Shown here: positions 1 through 9,722 of the stretch, in pieces
Numbering within the stretch: position 1 is the stretch's first letter
How the letters are laid out: every line of letters starts with the position of its first letter
Assembly (NCBI GenBank): GCA_020052955.1
Contig: JAGVOB010000163.1
Coordinates: forward strand, 1-41,941
Origin: Candidatus Omnitrophota bacterium
Lineage (GTDB): Bacteria; Omnitrophota; Gorgyraeia; VGKN01
Direction of reading: 5' to 3'
Length of the DNA stretch: 41,941 bases
The notes under the pieces: model-generated
Database searches by the model: none
Seen by the model: only the letters and a program-made list of their open reading frames with translations
Told to the model about the DNA's origin: nothing
Made by a program: the position numbers and the translations under genes

Positions 1-362
1 ATAGGATTCGGAACTCCCAACGTCTCTTATGGTCATGCATACGGGCTTCAGATTTGCCGTGGAAATAGTGTTTCTATTACTTATGCGTAAGTCAGTAATC
101 TTTCCTTGCTAAGCTTATCTTTTACATATCCCTGCATGGCCTTAGTTAAAGTTTTCCTTATATCTTTATTTCTAATACGAATGTCAAGGCTTTCGCAAAT
201 CCTTGGGCATCATTAGACTTAACCGCAATTCCCCCCAATTTGCTTTAATTATCAAAATAATAATATTCTACCTACCCGCCTAACTAACGGGACATTTTAC
301 TAATTACGGCGTTTATCTAACTTATGGAGTTAAACCATAATTTTCTCTTAATTTATAAACAC

Positions 363-1887
363 TCATCCCTGTTTTCTTAGAAATAATTTATTTATCGCCG
401 GTAAGTAAAATGCTTTTATGATTTTAAAAGTTCGCAGCAGCCTAAAGTCGTTGGAGTTAAAAACTAACCAGAGGTATATAAACGGTTCCACAATCATAGA
501 TAAAATAAAACAAATTATAGCCGCTATTTTCCCCAACATAGTTTTTCTGCATCGGACTAGTAAGCGAACTAAAGAAGATGGTAAAGTGGCGCTCATCCGG
601 ATATAGCGGTTAATCATCTTTGGCTCTGGTTCTGTATAAGATTTCATTCCTACTTCGGGAACCAATAAACCATCCTCTATTGCCTTATGCCGCAATTCAG
701 TACCAGGAAAATAGTCCAACGAAAACAGATCAAGTTGAAATGGCCGTGGAGTACACAAGAGAATATCAATAGTCATGAGATGGTCAGTTTCTGTTTCGTA
801 AGGATTATCAAGAATTACATCATACCAAGAAGAAATTTTTAATTCTGATACGGTCTTTGCTGCCCTGATAAAATCCTCAGAGGTTACATCCCGGCCATAA
901 ACCTCTCTATTTATACGGTCACTGCCGGTCTGAAGCCCCATAAAAACCCAACTTAATCCTGCCTTCTTTAATAAGACCAACTTATCCTCATTGATATGCT
1001 TCGGGGTAGTCCTGATTATAAAAGGGATATTAATTTCTTTTAAATACTGCTCAGAAAATTCAGTAAACCAAGTTCAATAATGAAGTGCAACACTTAGGAT
1101 GCATCATAAAACAATCATCCTGAAAATTAACATATAATATGTTACCAAAATCATGTATTTCATTAATAATCTCATCAATCACAAATCTTGCGGATCTGCT
1201 GCGTAAATTATTTTTACCGTACAATGACCTCAACATTGAATTAGAGCAGTAGTGACACGAAAAAGGGCATCCCCTGGACGATAAAACAGAAAGAAAAACA
1301 CCCCGATATCGTCCATATTTTCTATACATTACAGGTTTCTTAATAGACAGTATTTCGCCTTGATGAACCACGTACATATATTCAGGTAGATGTCTAGGAT
1401 AAGGTAAAGCATCTAAATTCTGGATAGGCTGCCTCACTGTATTATTTACCACTCGATCGTTTTCTCTGAATGAAATGCCAGCGACTTGTGTAATTTTACC
1501 CGATTTACTGCCATCTAAAATCCGAAGCAATTCTAGTAGTGTTTCCTCACCTTCTCCTCGGACAACAATATCTGAAACCGTTAAACAAGACTCTGGATCG
1601 GCGGTAGCATGAATACCTCCAAAGAAAAACGGAACAGTTGTAAGCTTGGTTCTAAGAAGATTAGCGAAGTCTCGTGCCCTCCTAAACTCATAACTCATTG
1701 CGCTAAAACCAAGCACGTCTGGCCTGCATTGAATAATATAATCAATAGCTGCTCTAATATTATTAGTTTTTGTGTTTGGAATAAGCATGATTGAGCTATC
1801 ATACCCCTTAGAAATTATATAGGCATGCAAATATTTTACTCCGATGATATCGCTATTCTCTTGAAAAGAAACAAAAATTACTTTCAT
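363..1887 (-). pseudogene. Cobalamin-binding radical SAM protein (class B methylase-like), frameshifted by a 19-bp insertion at 1074-1092
   Basis: The N-terminal ORF 1060..1887 has a B12-binding domain (GGIHAT, VRGEGE) and the motif RGCPFSCHYC. The C-terminal frame is open from 1073 to 363 (WFTEF...GLQTGSDRIN...YFPGTEL). Removing 1074-1092 gives a continuous DDCFMMHPKTWFTEF. Confidence 0.85.
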
Positions 1888-1978
1888 TTAATATTTATTC
1901 TTTTTATCAGTTTTATCATGGCAATTGATACTTTTTATTACCCCTTTATTTTCAAAGCCTTATATGAATTCCTCCAGA

Positions 1979-2734
1979 TTATTTACAAAAAAAATCCTTT
2001 TCCTCTTTATAGGCTATACCTATGGGCGTGTTTCTGCGGACAACCAATTCGTACCATAACCTAAAAATATTCACCGCTGTTTTAAATAACCTTTTAAGAT
2101 TAAAAAACTGCGACCTGCCATAGCTGCGATTGTAGTGATGAACCGGAAAGTCCACAAAACGATAACCGGCCAGTTCTAATTTCTTTACCAGCTCCAAACA
2201 GATAACTCCGCTATTGTGATGGAGTTTTATATGTTCAAAAACGCGGCGATGGATAAGACGGAAGTCGCAATCCACATCGCGGGTATGAAAGTTAAAAAGC
2301 AAACGCATAAGCCGGAGATAAATAATCCCTATGATTATCCGGTGAAAAGGATCACTTCTTCCTATCTTGTAGCCATTCACAACATCAACGCCATCCTGCA
2401 TAACCTTAAAGAACTTGCGCAATTCAAATATATCATACTGACCATCACCGTCCGTGTAAAAGATCAGGTCCTTAGTAGAATTCATAAAACCGGAACACAA
2501 AGATGCGCCATAACCCATATTAGCCTTATGAAAAATCAGCCTCAGTTTCGGGTATTTATCTTTTAAGACCTGAAGTAATTCCCGGCTGCCATCCGTTGAA
2601 CCGTCATCAACCACCAGAATTTCATAATCAACAGTAAATTCACCGGCCACTACATCAGCTTCAGCAACCAAAGTAGCTATCGTCCCGGCATCATTATAAC
2701 AGGGGAAAAAGATAGAAAGGCTGTTTTTACTCAT
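1979..2734 (-). CDS. GT2 glycosyltransferase, polyprenol-phosphate sugar synthase (DPM1-like)
   Basis: Motifs FFPCYND, VVDDGSTDGS, NMGYG, TDGDGQY, RDVDCDFRL, and C-terminal R.YG.S. Confidence 0.9.
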   Translation of the reverse strand: MSKNSLSIFFPCYNDAGTIATLVAEADVVAGEFTVDYEILVVDDGSTDGSRELLQVLKDKYPKLRLIFHKANMGYGASLCSGFMNSTKDLIFYTDGDGQYDIFELRKFFKVMQDGVDVVNGYKIGRSDPFHRIIIGIIYLRLMRLLFNFHTRDVDCDFRLIHRRVFEHIKLHHNSGVICLELVKKLELAGYRFVDFPVHHYNRSYGRSQFFNLKRLFKTAVNIFRLWYELVVRRNTPIGIAYKEEKDFFCK

Positions 2735-4460
2735 ATTTCTCCAATTTGTATAAGGAATATAACCCTTTATTATATCTCAAGTTAAGTATTTTTGCAATTT
2801 TATTATTTCCCAAAATACGCCCCTGGCCTTGCACATTCAACATAACATAATCCACCCGGTATCTTCTCAAAAGAGATAGCGGGTCATGGCCGGCTAATTC
2901 CAGGTACCGCTGCTTTAAGGCGTTAATGTATGCGTCGTTCTTTTCCGCTGTCCCTCCATAGCGTGGATGAACCTGCATGCCTTTAAAAAGTCCGCCATCC
3001 ATAAATTTAAACAGTTTTTCCGCTTCTGAAGCGCTATAGCCGAAAAAATATAAGGCAAAAAGATACCTCTCTTCCACCTCCTTATCCTTCATTGCCGAAG
3101 TGATAAAGAAAGAGTCGGATATATAAGGGTAATTTTTAGTAAAGACACTGATCATCCGTTCCTCTTCCAGGTTAAAAGGATCAGTTAAGATTACCGCGTC
3201 CGCGGGGATTTCCTTATGGATATCCCGTAAAATTCCTCCCATGCCCTGCAAGCCACGGAAGACGCCGCTTCTGGCGGAATAATATAAGTTTTGCTGTATT
3301 GTACCCAGAGCCAAAAATAAAAAACACGCCGGATAAAATAAAAAAGCGAAGTTGAGTAACCTTGCTTTTTTATTTTTCAATATAAATGAAGCGCAGGTAA
3401 AAAGGCAAATAATAATAAATGCTTTATTGGTATAGCTTTGCCAATGCATCGGCTCGACTGTTTTTCCGGTGATAACCTGCTGGTTAAGGCAAATTAATCC
3501 TCCGGCCGCGAAAGAAATCATATAATAGAGATACTCTTTTTTTTCTTTAAAAACAAAACGCATGATGACTAAGAAAAATAGAGTAATAATTTCCATAATG
3601 GGTAACATATGCTGATGAGTATACAAGCCGCCGCCGCGCAAGAAAATTTCGGAAAAATAAGGAAGGCTATTAAGGGCCGCCGCGCTCAAGAGATATGGAA
3701 TACCGGCTATGAATGAAATAATATAGATAAACAGGAAATTCTTTGCGTGATCAAGCCTTTTCCGAAATAATTCAATAATCAATAGTGCGAATAATCCGGC
3801 ATAAATAAAAGTCCAATAATAAACACTGGTATAAAATAATAATCCTGCCAATATTCCGGACGGCACAACAAAAACATAATCCTTTTCTATGCAAACCTTA
3901 GAGATAAAATACAATGTTAAAATAAAAGGAATAAAATGGAATTGCGGACTAATGGGACGGACAAAAAACAAGGCCTGGTTAAAATAACCGGGCGATAAAC
4001 TGAAAATTGCCCTGAAATCGGGGGTAATCCAATAATAACCCAGGGTAACCGAAAGCGATACCAAAATTCCGGTTTTAAACGAACTGCCAAGGTTTTTAAC
4101 CAGAAGATAAATAAGAAAGCAAAGTAAAACAGGAAAGAGAAAAGTTGCCGCTATATCAACCTGCCAGGCATTTAAACCAAACGCCTTCCCTAATAAACCC
4201 TCAACAACTTCTGCCAGAGGAGGCTGGAATACGGGGTCGTTCTGATGCCCGTAAACCCCGACGTTTGCCAAACGCAGGTCATTGCGATAAATTACGCCAG
4301 CAATCCGGCTTAAGTATACGCTTTCATCGGACGCGCCCATAAGAGGGATGCCTTTAAAATTATGGCCTAATTCACAGATGAATCTGATGTCGGGATAAAC
4401 ATGAACCAGCCCCACAGCGATAAAAAATATAGACAAAAACAATACTTTTCTTTTATCCAT
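2727..4460 (-). CDS. Polytopic membrane protein, probable GT-C fold glycosyltransferase
   Basis: Many hydrophobic segments, a DE..Y motif (SDESVY) in the first loop after TM1, and a soluble C-terminal domain ending YRVDYV. Lies next to a polyprenol-P GT2. Confidence 0.65.
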   Translation of the reverse strand: MDKRKVLFLSIFFIAVGLVHVYPDIRFICELGHNFKGIPLMGASDESVYLSRIAGVIYRNDLRLANVGVYGHQNDPVFQPPLAEVVEGLLGKAFGLNAWQVDIAATFLFPVLLCFLIYLLVKNLGSSFKTGILVSLSVTLGYYWITPDFRAIFSLSPGYFNQALFFVRPISPQFHFIPFILTLYFISKVCIEKDYVFVVPSGILAGLLFYTSVYYWTFIYAGLFALLIIELFRKRLDHAKNFLFIYIISFIAGIPYLLSAAALNSLPYFSEIFLRGGGLYTHQHMLPIMEIITLFFLVIMRFVFKEKKEYLYYMISFAAGGLICLNQQVITGKTVEPMHWQSYTNKAFIIICLFTCASFILKNKKARLLNFAFLFYPACFLFLALGTIQQNLYYSARSGVFRGLQGMGGILRDIHKEIPADAVILTDPFNLEEERMISVFTKNYPYISDSFFITSAMKDKEVEERYLFALYFFGYSASEAEKLFKFMDGGLFKGMQVHPRYGGTAEKNDAYINALKQRYLELAGHDPLSLLRRYRVDYVMLNVQGQGRILGNNKIAKILNLRYNKGLYSLYKLEKYE

Positions 4461-4470
4461 TTAAATCCCG

Positions 4471-5985
4471 CTATTCCATCAAAATAACTCTTATATTATG
4501 AAATTCTTTAGTGCTGATTTCCTTCAGGCCGCAGCGATTGAGAAAATCATAGGCAATTTTATTACCTCCGAATATCTCCGCGTTTCCGTAACAACGGATA
4601 AACCATATTCTTTTAAATCCTCTCAACTGCTCCTTTACTTTATCCGTATCGCTCTCCGGCATAATATAATATCCCGAAGTCAGGGGATCCCTTTTTAAAA
4701 GATTATCATGAATGCTAAAATACGGTATACCCAAATTCTCCCTACCCGGCAGGCGCTCAAGCATAACAGTGCAATCTCCGTCCTTTATATTTCTGCTTAA
4801 ATATTCCAATGCCTCATTGCCCTCATATATCGCAGTGACCGCCATAGGTATCCTCGCGCCATACAGAAAAATAAAGAAAACTAATAGGGTTAACCCTGTT
4901 TTTTTGTATCTTGCAATTAAGTTATAAAAAAAATAGGCAACCAGGATTAGAAAAACCGCGTGCGGCGCCGCGAGATACCTTGCGTTAGGCAAGGTCTTTA
5001 AAATTTTGGCTATTGCCCAGGAAAAAACGACGGGCATTAAAGAAAAAAACGGCAGGAACCATGCAATCTTGGGATCAAAGTGAAATTCACGCTTGAGCCA
5101 TTTTATGCTAAATAACAGAAACAAAAATAGCGCTGCTATCGTCAGAATAAACATTAAAATAAGCACTGGCAAACTAAAATGATTCCTGATCCCTTCCGGA
5201 TAAACCATAAAGAAATAATCCATCCCGAATAGGGAAGAAATATTGCGCGAGTATATGCCGAGGTCGAATCCGGCTATCTTAAAGCTAATCTTTTCCCAAT
5301 GCAAGGATAACGAAGAATTTTTGTTGGAGAATTGTAAAACGAAATTTTTTATCCAGGGAATAAACAATATAAAAATATAGCACTGGACAAATACCCACTT
5401 TTTAAGTACACCTTTTTCCTTTAAATTAAAAATAAACACATAAATTGACTGACAGAGAATTAGAATGAATGAAAAATAAAAAGTGTAAATACTGAATACT
5501 GCTGATAGAAAATATCCGTGCCAGGCCAGTTTTTTGCCTTTATTTTTGATTATTAAAAGCAAAAAATAATTAGATAAAAGCATCCAGAAGGCTGAATCAA
5601 TATAATTGCGGATAAACTGCGATAGAGAAATAAGCATCGGTGATATCGCTCCCAAAAACAATGCCAATAAGGCGACTTTCTCATTAAGGCATTCCCTGGC
5701 GATAAGATAAATCATCAAAAGCGTACCCATCCCAAAAATAATAAAATAAAGCCTGATAAAAATCTCATTCCTGCCTACCTTCATCCAAAGATGAAGAAGC
5801 AATGAGGTCAATGGCGGATTCGCGTCATTTTTAACCAGGCTGGGGATAATGTCAGTAAGCTGTTTAGAAGCTGAACTCATGGTTATCGACTCGTCGCCAA
5901 AAAAACCCCTCTCTAAATTGAATACCCTTAAAGAAATGGCCAACAAGAACAAAGCCAATATTATAAGGTGAGTTTTATTTTTCAT
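4471..5985 (-). CDS. ArnT/PMT-like (family 39/83-like) membrane glycosyltransferase, GT-C fold
   Basis: LRVFNL...FFGDE motif, D.NPPL, E...RL, multiple TM helices and an ARYL motif. Confidence 0.8.
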   Translation of the reverse strand: MKNKTHLIILALFLLAISLRVFNLERGFFGDESITMSSASKQLTDIIPSLVKNDANPPLTSLLLHLWMKVGRNEIFIRLYFIIFGMGTLLMIYLIARECLNEKVALLALFLGAISPMLISLSQFIRNYIDSAFWMLLSNYFLLLIIKNKGKKLAWHGYFLSAVFSIYTFYFSFILILCQSIYVFIFNLKEKGVLKKWVFVQCYIFILFIPWIKNFVLQFSNKNSSLSLHWEKISFKIAGFDLGIYSRNISSLFGMDYFFMVYPEGIRNHFSLPVLILMFILTIAALFLFLLFSIKWLKREFHFDPKIAWFLPFFSLMPVVFSWAIAKILKTLPNARYLAAPHAVFLILVAYFFYNLIARYKKTGLTLLVFFIFLYGARIPMAVTAIYEGNEALEYLSRNIKDGDCTVMLERLPGRENLGIPYFSIHDNLLKRDPLTSGYYIMPESDTDKVKEQLRGFKRIWFIRCYGNAEIFGGNKIAYDFLNRCGLKEISTKEFHNIRVILME

Positions 5986-5990
5986 CTCAA

Positions 5991-7280
5991 TTAAAAGAAC
6001 TGACCCACTAACCTACCGGCATATTCCACCGAGGCATTTAATACTGTGGGCTCAGGATAAATCTGGGCAGTACACATTAGATAAAGATTCTGGACTGGAG
6101 ATTCAAAAGACGGAATTAATTTAGCATAATTAAGCGAATGCAGCGGTTCAACATTTGTTTTCCTGGTAAGGCTGATATCTAAAACCAGTTTTTTATCAAA
6201 GCCAGGGCAAATCTTCTTTAAATAAGGTATGTAATAATCTAAAAGCGATTCTTTATCAATATTTAAAAAACTATCTCCCTTTAACAGATACTTGCTGATA
6301 TAAAGCACATACCCTTTGCCAAAGTCTTCAGGCGGGTATAAGGCATCAGCCCCGATAATGCCGGTAAAGGGAAAACCGGCTTCAGCAATATTAAGCTGAT
6401 AATAAGGGCTAAACCGCTCTTTTAGCCTGAGTATCAGAGAGATATTATCAAGGTACCTTATTCTGGACAGGGCATTGGCATATTCCCCGCAATCTTCCGG
6501 CAGAAGATTATGAAAATCAGCCAAAGCTATGGTGGAAATTATCTTATCGCAAACTAATCTTTCCCTGTTATTTAAAAGTATGCCGGATACGCGGTTCTTA
6601 TCGGTTTCGATTTTCTCTATCTTGGAGTTTTTAAGAATCTTTACCCCATCCAGGATAAGCCTCTTCTCCAGGGCATCAAAAAAAACCTTGAGACCGCCCC
6701 TCATTGAATACACGCTTGAGCCGGTGTTTCTATTGCGCAAAGCGGACAGCCGGTTAATACGAAACCACATATCCGTAGCAACTACCTCGTTGCTGGCCGG
6801 GCCAAACTTAGCATTCATTATGGGTTGCCAGATTTTTTTGTAATTTCCTTCGCCGCTTGTGCGCGTCAGCCATTCTGCGGCAGTAATCTCGTCTAATTTC
6901 CGCCAGTCCCTGATAGCCTTGCTTTGGAGTATCAACATGCCCAGCCTGAAACGCTCGCCCCAGGAAAGCGGTGGAAAACTTAAAAATTCTTTCGGGGTTG
7001 ATATAGGATAGAGTTTCCCCTTTTGAAAAAAACCCATTTTTGTGTTTATCGCTAATAGCTTATCCTCTATTCCCAGCTCTTTAATCAAGTTCAGGAGACA
7101 AGCATCCCTATTGGTTACGACATGATAAAAGATCCCAACATCAAATTCTCCTAATTTGGTCCAGGAGGCATTACCTCCTAATTGGGCATCTTTTTCTATT
7201 ACCGTAACTTTATGGCCTTTTCTTTTAAGGAAATATGCCAGGGTAAGCCCCGTAATACCTCCCCCGATTATGGCTATCAT
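5991..7280 (-). CDS. FAD-dependent oxidoreductase (protoporphyrinogen/amine oxidase-like superfamily)
   Basis: N-terminal IAIIGGGITGL...E...LGG FAD-binding motif, then FYH, and C-terminal QIYPE. Confidence 0.85.
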   Translation of the reverse strand: MIAIIGGGITGLTLAYFLKRKGHKVTVIEKDAQLGGNASWTKLGEFDVGIFYHVVTNRDACLLNLIKELGIEDKLLAINTKMGFFQKGKLYPISTPKEFLSFPPLSWGERFRLGMLILQSKAIRDWRKLDEITAAEWLTRTSGEGNYKKIWQPIMNAKFGPASNEVVATDMWFRINRLSALRNRNTGSSVYSMRGGLKVFFDALEKRLILDGVKILKNSKIEKIETDKNRVSGILLNNRERLVCDKIISTIALADFHNLLPEDCGEYANALSRIRYLDNISLILRLKERFSPYYQLNIAEAGFPFTGIIGADALYPPEDFGKGYVLYISKYLLKGDSFLNIDKESLLDYYIPYLKKICPGFDKKLVLDISLTRKTNVEPLHSLNYAKLIPSFESPVQNLYLMCTAQIYPEPTVLNASVEYAGRLVGQFF

Positions 7281-7296
7281 ATCAAATATCCTCTTC

Positions 7297-8748
7297 TTAT
7301 TTATAAACGAATGATTTCTTAATGATCTTGGCTATTGATTTAAAACCGGTAAAGTATTTTTTAGCGTCCGAAAATGAGCGGATGCGTAAAAGAAATCTTA
7401 AAATTGTAGCCGGGGAAAGGTAAAATGACCTTACCGCGTAATTATATAGCTCTACCATCCTCTCTTTGCCGATTTTAGGATTAACATATAAGGGATTGGT
7501 CTGGTCCATCCACTGGCGGTAATCCTGCCATTTGATTTTTTCTACCAACCCGCCTTCTTTTTTGCAGATATCGTAAAGTTCAGTCCCTGGGAAAGGAACG
7601 GGAAGGAAAAATACCACGGTATCAAGTTTAAGTTTTTTGGCAAATCTGATGGTATTTTTTACCATCTTCTCATCTTCGCCGGGAAGGCATAAAATAAAAG
7701 AGCCAATGACCTGTAAACCCGCCTTTTTAGTCATCCTTACCCCTTCAATATTCTGTTGTAAGGTAACTCCTTTGCGAATTATTTTCAGGCTCTCTTCATT
7801 GCCTGATTCCAAACCAAAAGCCACTCCCCAGCACCCGGCCTTTTTCATTAAGGACAAAAGGTCAGGGTTAATCCGATCAACCCTGGTATAGCAGGTCCAG
7901 GATAAATTTAATTTCTCGTCTATTAACCTCTGGCATAATTTTTTGGCAAAATCCATATCTATAGTAAAAGCGCTGTCGTGGAATAGAATCCCCTTCATGC
8001 CATATTTTTCCACCAAATAACGAATCTGGGAAATACTCTTATCAATACCATCATGGCGCACTTTTTTACCGTGGATACGGGAATCGCAATATACGCAAGC
8101 GTAGGGACATCCCCGCTGGACCAATAATCCGTAAGTCGGCAGGTCCCGGTAATTAGACGGCGGAGGCACATAACGCTCAACCGGCAACAAATCAAACATT
8201 AATTCCGGCAGCTGACTTAAATCTTCTATCAATGGCCGAGGAGGAGCCTGATATGACTGGTTGTCTTTCCTAAAAACTATACCTTTAATATTTTCGTAAT
8301 CAAACCTGCCGGCCTGGATAAATTCCAGCAATTCCCTAAAGGTATATTCGCCTTCACAAAAAACTACAAACTCCGCTTCCGGGCAGGCCTTTAGCGTTTC
8401 GCTCGGAAAAAGCGTGGGGTGAATACCGCCTAATACTATCTTACAGTCAGGAAGGATCTTGCGGCAGATCTTGGCAGTCGCGAATACCAAATGGGCTAAT
8501 GCGGTATAACAATTTCCCAGGCCTATAACATCAAACTTTTCAGCCTTGAGATAATCCGCGAATTCATCTTTAGACATCCCCAAAGTAGAAGCATCGCAGA
8601 TCTTAACATTGAAACCGCTCTTAATACTAACACCGGCTATGGAAAGCAGGCCCAGCGGCATATAAGCCCCTGCCCCATCTTTATACTGGCCCCATAATTC
8701 TTCCGCAGTCGCGACCGGAGTAGCTAAAAGAACTTTGATCTTCTTCAT
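7297..8748 (-). CDS. Cobalamin-binding radical SAM protein
   Basis: Motifs MPLGLLSIA, GGIHPT, RGCPYACVYC, GLESG and PFPGTELY. Confidence 0.9.
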   Translation of the reverse strand: MKKIKVLLATPVATAEELWGQYKDGAGAYMPLGLLSIAGVSIKSGFNVKICDASTLGMSKDEFADYLKAEKFDVIGLGNCYTALAHLVFATAKICRKILPDCKIVLGGIHPTLFPSETLKACPEAEFVVFCEGEYTFRELLEFIQAGRFDYENIKGIVFRKDNQSYQAPPRPLIEDLSQLPELMFDLLPVERYVPPPSNYRDLPTYGLLVQRGCPYACVYCDSRIHGKKVRHDGIDKSISQIRYLVEKYGMKGILFHDSAFTIDMDFAKKLCQRLIDEKLNLSWTCYTRVDRINPDLLSLMKKAGCWGVAFGLESGNEESLKIIRKGVTLQQNIEGVRMTKKAGLQVIGSFILCLPGEDEKMVKNTIRFAKKLKLDTVVFFLPVPFPGTELYDICKKEGGLVEKIKWQDYRQWMDQTNPLYVNPKIGKERMVELYNYAVRSFYLSPATILRFLLRIRSFSDAKKYFTGFKSIAKIIKKSFVYK

Positions 8749-8750
8749 GT

Positions 8751-9710
8751 TTATCCTTTTTTAGCCACAATAGCCACGGGCAGGTCAAGCACTTCTATAT
8801 CCATAAATCCTTCCTGACGATACCACTCGGAGACTTCTTTATTGGTATGGTGGGTCTGATATTTTGGTGAATACCAGTCATAGATAACCTGAGCGCACTG
8901 ACTCCAGGAATTCTTGGGAAAACTGGTTTTGCTGAAAGTCGGCACAACTGACAAAAGAGGCACTGCCAGATAACAAAAAAATTCCAGCAAGCCTGCCGGC
9001 ATCCGGGTAGTAAAAAATCTGATAGACTTCTGGGAGATCTCCCATAAAAAACCCTTCTTAGGATAAAGCCAAATATCCAGATATCCACCCTTCTTAAGTA
9101 TTTCTGCCAGCCGGGTGAATGCCTTGCGGGTATCAGGCGTATGATGAATTACCCCATTACTCCAGATATAATCAAAAACCCCTCTTTTAAACGGAGGATT
9201 TATAATGTCACCCTGGACTATACAGGCGTTAGAATATTTTTCCACCCTGTATCTCGCTATCTCAACCCCGCTGCCTAAATCCAAGCCTACTGAATAGGCT
9301 CCAAATTCAGCCATAATTTCGGCAAACCTGCCGTGCCCGCATCCGCCGTCTAAAGTAAATTTTCCCTTGAGATACCCTGGATTAATCTTTGAGCCCGCGT
9401 AATCAAGAAAGAATTTCTTACTCTCTTCTCTGGTCCTACCGAAAATAACCTCATCCCTGCCCCATCTCTTCCACTGGTATTCGAATCTCTGCTGGACCTG
9501 ACTGGACTTTACATCTTTACCTTCAGTTTTATCCAGACGATAGTTATCAAGAAATCTGGGCACAGCGTTTATAATCGGGTAGATAGCACCACAAGAGCAG
9601 TTAATTTTACCAGAAACTATTTCAATATTGTTTTTCTCTTCTATTGTAAGTTTTAAAGACCCTTTTCTGCAAGCAGGGCAATCTAACAACGTCATCACAA
9701 ATTCTCTCAT
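8751..9710 (-). CDS. Class I SAM methyltransferase with N-terminal Trm112-like zinc-ribbon domain
   Basis: N-terminal LDCPAC...CSCG.YPI..VPRF, SAM motif LDGGCGHGR, and GVIHHTPD. Confidence 0.85.
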   Translation of the reverse strand: MREFVMTLLDCPACRKGSLKLTIEEKNNIEIVSGKINCSCGAIYPIINAVPRFLDNYRLDKTEGKDVKSSQVQQRFEYQWKRWGRDEVIFGRTREESKKFFLDYAGSKINPGYLKGKFTLDGGCGHGRFAEIMAEFGAYSVGLDLGSGVEIARYRVEKYSNACIVQGDIINPPFKRGVFDYIWSNGVIHHTPDTRKAFTRLAEILKKGGYLDIWLYPKKGFLWEISQKSIRFFTTRMPAGLLEFFCYLAVPLLSVVPTFSKTSFPKNSWSQCAQVIYDWYSPKYQTHHTNKEVSEWYRQEGFMDIEVLDLPVAIVAKKG

Positions 9711-9722
9711 TATTCTGCTCCT

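Noticed and set aside
81-209. Short minus-strand open frame ending ...KAMQGYVKDKLSKERLLTYA*
   Set aside because: No convincing start or RBS and no recognisable family. It may be a gene relic but I cannot support that.
278-335. Possible integron attC site (GCCTAAC ... GTTAAAC, 58 bp)
   Set aside because: The core boxes fit RYYYAAC/GTTRRRY, but I could not see complementary L boxes or a hairpin, and there is no integrase or cassette array.
1888-1978. Intergenic GGAGG followed by a short stop-bounded frame, or an internal promoter
   Set aside because: No start codon after the RBS-like motif and no convincing -35/-10 pair in very AT-rich sequence.
5991-8748. Naming these genes hemG/hemY or bchE/hpnP
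   Set aside because: Only superfamily motifs match, and the context is glycan biosynthesis with no tetrapyrrole or hopanoid genes.
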